Shown piece by piece: positions 35,890 to 40,000 of a DNA stretch of 40,000 nt. A program made the translations under genes and the position numbers. Source of the stretch: Acinetobacter lwoffii (GTDB lineage: Bacteria; Pseudomonadota; Gammaproteobacteria; Pseudomonadales; Moraxellaceae); the NCBI RefSeq assembly GCF_024129855.1, contig NZ_JAMXXC010000018.1, positions 1 through 40,000 on the forward strand, in the 5' to 3' direction. Every line of letters starts with the position of its first letter. The first letter of the stretch is position 1. The notes under the pieces were generated by a model, which ran no database searches, was not told the origin of the DNA, and saw nothing but the letters and a program-made list of their open reading frames with translations.

Positions 35890-36153
35890 TTAGCTGGTTT
35901 TATTCAAGATAATACGATCACTGCGTAGCACACGTTTTTGCTGCAATGAGGGTTGTTCCATCACTGGCATATTGAAGCGAATATGATCGCTACGTTGTAC
36001 ACGTTTCGGTTTTGTTACGTTTACTTTTGCTGTTTTATAAAAGCTAATGCGATCTGTGCGTACCACTTTTTCTGCAGCAGGTGCCGCTAGACTAAACTGG
36101 CTCATCGACATCAGGATTACAGCGCCCATACTGATCATCAGCTTAGATTTCAT
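35890..36153 (-). CDS. Small secreted protein with three K-x-V-x-R-[ST]-D-[RH]-I repeats
   Basis: 87 aa with the signal peptide MKSKLMISMGAVILMSMSQFSLA|AP. The mature part holds KVVRTDRISF, KRVQRSDHIRF and KRVLRSDRIIL at a spacing of about 22 aa. Confidence 0.5.
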   Translation of the reverse strand: MKSKLMISMGAVILMSMSQFSLAAPAAEKVVRTDRISFYKTAKVNVTKPKRVQRSDHIRFNMPVMEQPSLQQKRVLRSDRIILNKTS

Positions 36154-36301
36154 AACATTCTCTCTCTTTGCTTAATGATCGCAATTATAAATTAAAAATT
36201 AATTAATAATCTAAAATATAGATTTATGATTCGAAGGTATTTTTTTATTCTCTCTATCGTTTTTCCAGATCATTTCTAGAAATGAAAAATGAAGCAGGCA
36301 T

Positions 36302-36327
36302 AAAAAATCCCTCCGAAGAGGGATTTT
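36302..36327 (-). terminator. htpG terminator
   Basis: The minus strand reads ATCCCTC-TTCG-GAGGGAT followed by T6, about 20 nt after the htpG stop. Confidence 0.75.
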
Positions 36328-36347
36328 CTCATTCAATACATCAGCAC

Positions 36348-38267
36348 TTAAGCAAGCAGCAAACTATTAATTCGCTTGACATATTCAGCAGGATTTTCTG
36401 GTAATCCACCTTCTGCAATCACTGCCTGGTCAAAGATCACATTGGCCAGATCATCAAACTGCGCCGAGCCATCCAGTTTTTTCACCAACGGATGTTCCGG
36501 GTTGATTTCCAAAATCGGCTTGATATCCGGCACAGGCTGACCTGCATCTTTCAGCATACGAACCAGCTGTGGAGACAATTCACCTTCTCCAGTCACCAGA
36601 CAAGCCGGAGAATCGACCAGACGCGTCGTCACCCGCACTTCTTTGGTCTTGTCTTTTAATGAATCCGTCAACTTATCCACCACCGGTTTAAACTGGGCTG
36701 CGGCTTCTTCAAGGGCTTTCTTCTCTTCGGCATCCTGAAGGTCACCTAAGTCAACTGCACCTTTCGACACGTTTTGCAAAGGCGTACCATCGAACTCATT
36801 CACGAAGTTCATCGCCCATTCATCCACGCGTTCAGTCATCAACAGAACTTCAATGCCTTTTTTCTTGAACAGTTCCAGTTGCGGTGAATTTTTCGCAGCA
36901 TTCAGACTATCTGCAGTCACATAATAAATGGCTTTCTGCCCATCTTTCATACGTGCTTTATAGTCTGCCAATGATGTGCTGACTTCATCATTGGTCGACG
37001 TCGCATAACGCAGCAGTTTTAAGATACGTTCACGGTTACTGAAATCTTCGCCCAGACCTTCTTTCAATACTGAAGCAAATTCCTGATAGAAGGTCTTGAA
37101 ATTTGCCTGATCTTTTTCATCTTCAGATTTAGCCAGATTATCCAAAATGGTCAGGATACGGCGGGTATTGCCTTCACGGATGGTTTTTACATCACGACTT
37201 TCTTGCAGTAATTCACGGCTCACGTTCAATGGCAGATCGGCACTGTCCACCACACCTTGCACAAAGCGCAGGTAGTTTGGAATCAGGTTATCCGCATCAT
37301 CCATAATGAACACACGTTTCACATACAGTTTGATACCCGCTTTGGATTCACGGGTGAAAATGTCATGTGGCGCTTTGCTTGGAATATATAACAACTGGGT
37401 ATATTCAGTACTGCCTTCAACGCGGTTATGCGCCCAAGCCAATGGCGCTGCGAAATCATGGCTCAGGTTCTTGTAGAACTCGACATACTGCTCTTCAGTA
37501 ATTTCCGACTTGTTACGAGTCCATAATGCGCTGGCCGAGTTAATGGCTTCCCACTCATCGATTTTGACATATTGGCCACCTTTAGACGTTTCACCTTCAG
37601 CCGCTTCTTCTTCCTGCCAGACTTCTTTTTGCATTTGGATTGGCAGGCTGATGTGGTCTGAATATTTATTGATAATCTGCTTCACTTTATAGCTTTGCAA
37701 ATAATCCAGCGCATCGTCACGCAGATGCAGAATAATATCTGTACCACGGCCTTCTTTGCTGATCTGTTCAACTTCGAACTCACCGGTTCCGCCACTAATC
37801 CAGCGTACGCCTTCAGAGACATCTGTGCCGGCACGACGCGATTCTACCGTAATCTTGTCAGCGACAATAAAGCCGGAGTAAAAACCGACACCAAACTGGC
37901 CAATCAACTGGGCATCGGCTTTTTGATCGCCGGTCAGTTTGGACATAAAATCTTTGGTGCCTGATTTGGCAATAGTCCCTAAATTATCAATGGCTTCCTG
38001 TTCGCTTAAGCCAATCCCGTTGTCTGAAATGGTAATGGTTTTATTGTCTGCATCCAGACTGACACGAACGCGCAGATCCGGATCATTTTCATAAAATTCG
38101 GGATGGTTAATCCCTTCAAAACGTAATTTGTCGCATGCATCTGAGGCATTCGAGATCAATTCGCGTAGGAAAATTTCAGGGTTTGAATAAAGCGAATGGG
38201 TCACGAGATGTAGTAACTGAGCCACTTCAGCCTGGAAACTATGTTTTTGTGCGCTAGACTCGCTCAT
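36348..38267 (-). CDS. htpG: Molecular chaperone HtpG (Hsp90)
   Basis: 639 aa with [26 protein letters not shown] and LNVSRELLQ. Confidence 0.97.
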   Translation of the reverse strand: MSESSAQKHSFQAEVAQLLHLVTHSLYSNPEIFLRELISNASDACDKLRFEGINHPEFYENDPDLRVRVSLDADNKTITISDNGIGLSEQEAIDNLGTIAKSGTKDFMSKLTGDQKADAQLIGQFGVGFYSGFIVADKITVESRRAGTDVSEGVRWISGGTGEFEVEQISKEGRGTDIILHLRDDALDYLQSYKVKQIINKYSDHISLPIQMQKEVWQEEEAAEGETSKGGQYVKIDEWEAINSASALWTRNKSEITEEQYVEFYKNLSHDFAAPLAWAHNRVEGSTEYTQLLYIPSKAPHDIFTRESKAGIKLYVKRVFIMDDADNLIPNYLRFVQGVVDSADLPLNVSRELLQESRDVKTIREGNTRRILTILDNLAKSEDEKDQANFKTFYQEFASVLKEGLGEDFSNRERILKLLRYATSTNDEVSTSLADYKARMKDGQKAIYYVTADSLNAAKNSPQLELFKKKGIEVLLMTERVDEWAMNFVNEFDGTPLQNVSKGAVDLGDLQDAEEKKALEEAAAQFKPVVDKLTDSLKDKTKEVRVTTRLVDSPACLVTGEGELSPQLVRMLKDAGQPVPDIKPILEINPEHPLVKKLDGSAQFDDLANVIFDQAVIAEGGLPENPAEYVKRINSLLLA

Positions 38268-38313
38268 TAATCACTCCTTTTATTTTAAATACAGGTCAAT
38301 ACTGTTGCCTATA

Positions 38314-38342
38314 TGAATGGAGTGAGTTACTAAATTTTCAAT
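38314..38342 (-). promoter_or_regulatory. Sigma-32 (heat-shock) type promoter candidate for htpG
   Basis: The minus strand reads ATTGAAA-N13-CTCCATTCA, against the consensus CTTGAAA-N13-15-CCCCATnT. The -10 element ends about 50 nt upstream of the htpG ATG. Confidence 0.4.
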
Positions 38343-38430
38343 AGCCAGTTGTATATTTTTTCTCAAGATATTTTATAAAGGATCTCTTGATCTAAAATGA
38401 CTTGGATTTGTAAAGGCTTAGGTTTAAGTC

Positions 38431-38775
38431 CTAATAAGGCCCAAGCTTATAAATACGTTGAAATTGCAGGTCTATTTGCTGCTGGCGCATATTATAAACC
38501 TGACTCAGACAAGACACAGATTCCTGACAGCGGTCACGAAACTGTAGCCATTTCACCTGATCGCGCTGGATCACCGAGCGGGTTCCCATAGGCACCATAC
38601 GGCGCAAAATATGATAGCTGGTGCTCATCTTGACATCGGCATCATTGAGCAGACGATGTTCACAAATCGCTTTCTCTGTCACGGTTTCAGTTTTCTGACA
38701 ATCAAAACTCGCCGCATAGGCAGACCCTGCCAGCAGGCTGAAGAAGATTAAAATACCTTGGTTTAAAAACCTCAT
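38431..38775 (-). CDS. LprI/DUF1311 family periplasmic protein (lysozyme-inhibitor-like)
   Basis: 114 aa with a signal peptide (...LLAGSAYA). It follows the DUF1311 pattern C-x-K...ICEHRLLNDADVKMSTSY...QVKWLQFRDRC. Confidence 0.65.
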   Translation of the reverse strand: MRFLNQGILIFFSLLAGSAYAASFDCQKTETVTEKAICEHRLLNDADVKMSTSYHILRRMVPMGTRSVIQRDQVKWLQFRDRCQESVSCLSQVYNMRQQQIDLQFQRIYKLGPY

Positions 38776-38899
38776 GCTGATCTTCCTTATTATTCAATTA
38801 TTAAGTCGTATTCAATTAATATTTACTTTATTCATTTTAATATAGTTGAACATTGCCGATCTGCTCAATTTCAATAAGTTATAAATCGTTGTTATTTTG

Positions 38900-38932
38900 A
38901 AAAAAAAGCCTCATTCAAGATGAGACTTTTTT
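38900..38932 (-). terminator. ompW terminator
   Basis: The minus strand reads AGTCTCAT-CTTGA-ATGAGGCT with one G.U pair, followed by T8. Confidence 0.65.
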
Positions 38933-38950
38933 GTTGAGCAAGGTTAGAAT

Positions 38951-39541
38951 TTAGAACTTGTAGCTATAACCGATCGTGTAAACCCAAGGATCAATATCGA
39001 AATCAAATTTAGTATTATTGGCATCATCTAAAGTCACTTCAGGACTCAAATCTGCATAGCGCACGTCAGCAAATACTCCCCAGTTTTTGGCATCTGCTGG
39101 CTGATAATTAAAGCCGATCTGACCTGCTACACCAAATGCTTCTTTCACATCTTTAGCCAGACCTTCTTCATCCCAAGCAATAAAAGCTGTGCCACCTACA
39201 CCAATATATGGCGTAAAGCGTGTTGCGTTTTTAAAGTGATATTTAGCAGTAATTGTGGGTGGCAGATGTTTGATCTTAGCCACCTTACCCACACCTTGAA
39301 GAGAGATGTCGTGATTGAATGGTGTGGCTAATAAAAGTTCTGCAGAGATATTGTCATTAAAAAAGTATTCAACCGATGGCGTAAAACCATATTCTTGATC
39401 CGCTTCTACGACTAAACCTGGTGCAATTTCAGTGTCACTTGATGGTGCTAAAGAACTGGCACCAACTTTCACCTGCCATTGACCTGCCATCGCAGATGCA
39501 GAAAGACCCATTAATGCAATTAGAGCGACTTGCTTTAACAT
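38951..39541 (-). CDS. ompW: Outer membrane protein OmpW
   Basis: About 196 aa from the ATG at 39541 (MLKQVALIALMGLSASAMA|GQWQVKVG...). It has the OmpW-family beta-barrel pattern and ends ...YTIGYSYKF. Confidence 0.88.
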   Translation of the reverse strand: MLKQVALIALMGLSASAMAGQWQVKVGASSLAPSSDTEIAPGLVVEADQEYGFTPSVEYFFNDNISAELLLATPFNHDISLQGVGKVAKIKHLPPTITAKYHFKNATRFTPYIGVGGTAFIAWDEEGLAKDVKEAFGVAGQIGFNYQPADAKNWGVFADVRYADLSPEVTLDDANNTKFDFDIDPWVYTIGYSYKF

Positions 39542-39834
39542 TTTAAAATACCCCACAGGAAGAATAATTATTGAGAAAATAAATCTTAATTAATAATAAA
39601 CACGAGGGAAAATAATATGCAATAAGGATTATAAAACTAATTTTTAATTATTATTTAATGTATTGATTTTAATAAATATTTATTTTAAATTGACCAGATT
39701 GGTTGGTTTTAAATACTAAGCAAATTAATCAGATAAATATGGTTTTATTCAGAGTAAAATAATCAGGTTTATATTAATTTCTATTTAAACATATATTTTA
39801 AATACATCTTATTATTTATTTTAAATCCAGATAA

Positions 39835-39862
39835 ATCTGCTCCAATAGATATCGGAGCAGAT
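39835..39862 (-). terminator. Possible terminator of the partial gene at the window end
   Basis: ATCTGCTCC (39835-43) pairs with GGAGCAGAT (39854-62) around a 10-nt loop. Only a weak T-rich tail follows on the minus strand. Confidence 0.35.
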
Positions 39863-39872
39863 TGAAATTGAC

Positions 39873-40000
39873 TTACAGAACCATGGCTGCAATCCAGCCA
39901 AAAATCATCAACGGAATATTAAAGTGAATGAAGGTTGGAATCACACTATCCTTCATATGATCATGCTGACCATCCATATTCAGACCAGAAGTTGGGCCTA
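39873..40000 (-). CDS. 3' end of a membrane (transporter-like) protein, partial
   Basis: Hand translation of the minus strand gives ...[41 protein letters not shown] with the stop at 39873-39875. The C-terminus is hydrophobic. I could not assign a family. Confidence 0.35.
   Translation of the reverse strand, partial: GPTSGLNMDGQHDHMKDSVIPTFIHFNIPLMIFGWIAAMVL

Noticed and set aside
38397-38591. 64-aa + strand ORF overlapping the LprI/DUF1311 gene
   Set aside because: It is antisense to a gene with a clear signal peptide and DUF1311 pattern, and it has no independent signals.
1-40000. Search for CRISPR arrays, tRNA/rRNA genes, IS elements, integrases, and toxin-antitoxin pairs or other known multi-gene defence systems beyond the Rex-like pair
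   Set aside because: Reading by eye, I found no regularly spaced direct repeats, no cloverleaf-compatible conserved tRNA motifs in the intergenic regions, and no transposase or integrase-like ORFs. A computational scan (tRNAscan-SE, Infernal, ISfinder, CRISPRCasFinder) would be needed to make this exclusion firm.

Overview
This 40 kb window reads as ordinary chromosome from a gamma-proteobacterium, most likely Acinetobacter. That assignment is an inference from a two-domain PPK2 that closely matches the A. johnsonii polyphosphate:AMP phosphotransferase as I recall it, and from gene content. It is dense with recognisable housekeeping genes: a cbpM-like gene, a ydcH-like DUF465 gene, pnp, rpsO, recC-recB-recD, pap/ppk2, ubiE-ubiJ-ubiB, a patatin-like lipase, tex, ompR-envZ, a succinyl-CoA:acetate CoA-transferase-type gene, a DsbA/FrnE-like oxidoreductase, dodecin, htpG, an LprI/DUF1311 protein and ompW. 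I saw no rRNA, tRNA, CRISPR array, IS element, transposase or integrase. The one clear compositional and functional anomaly is a 1.3 kb AT-rich islet at about 22.70-24.03 kb, lying between the terminators of two convergent core genes. It carries two overlapping minus-strand genes of 308 aa and 148 aa (four predicted TM helices). These align collinearly, motif by motif, with phage lambda RexA (279 aa) and RexB (144 aa) as I recall those sequences. This makes it a prophage-independent RexAB-like candidate phage-exclusion (abortive infection) module with no cI or other phage context. Secondary points worth a look: an 835 bp recD-rpsO gap with two terminator-capped, motif-sharing sRNA-like modules; an insertion of about 150 aa in the RecB nuclease domain; a structured 260 bp ompR-envZ spacer; an uncharacterised operon (59 aa + 466 aa) followed by an OMP-like gene; and two small secreted proteins, one missed by the ORF cut-off.
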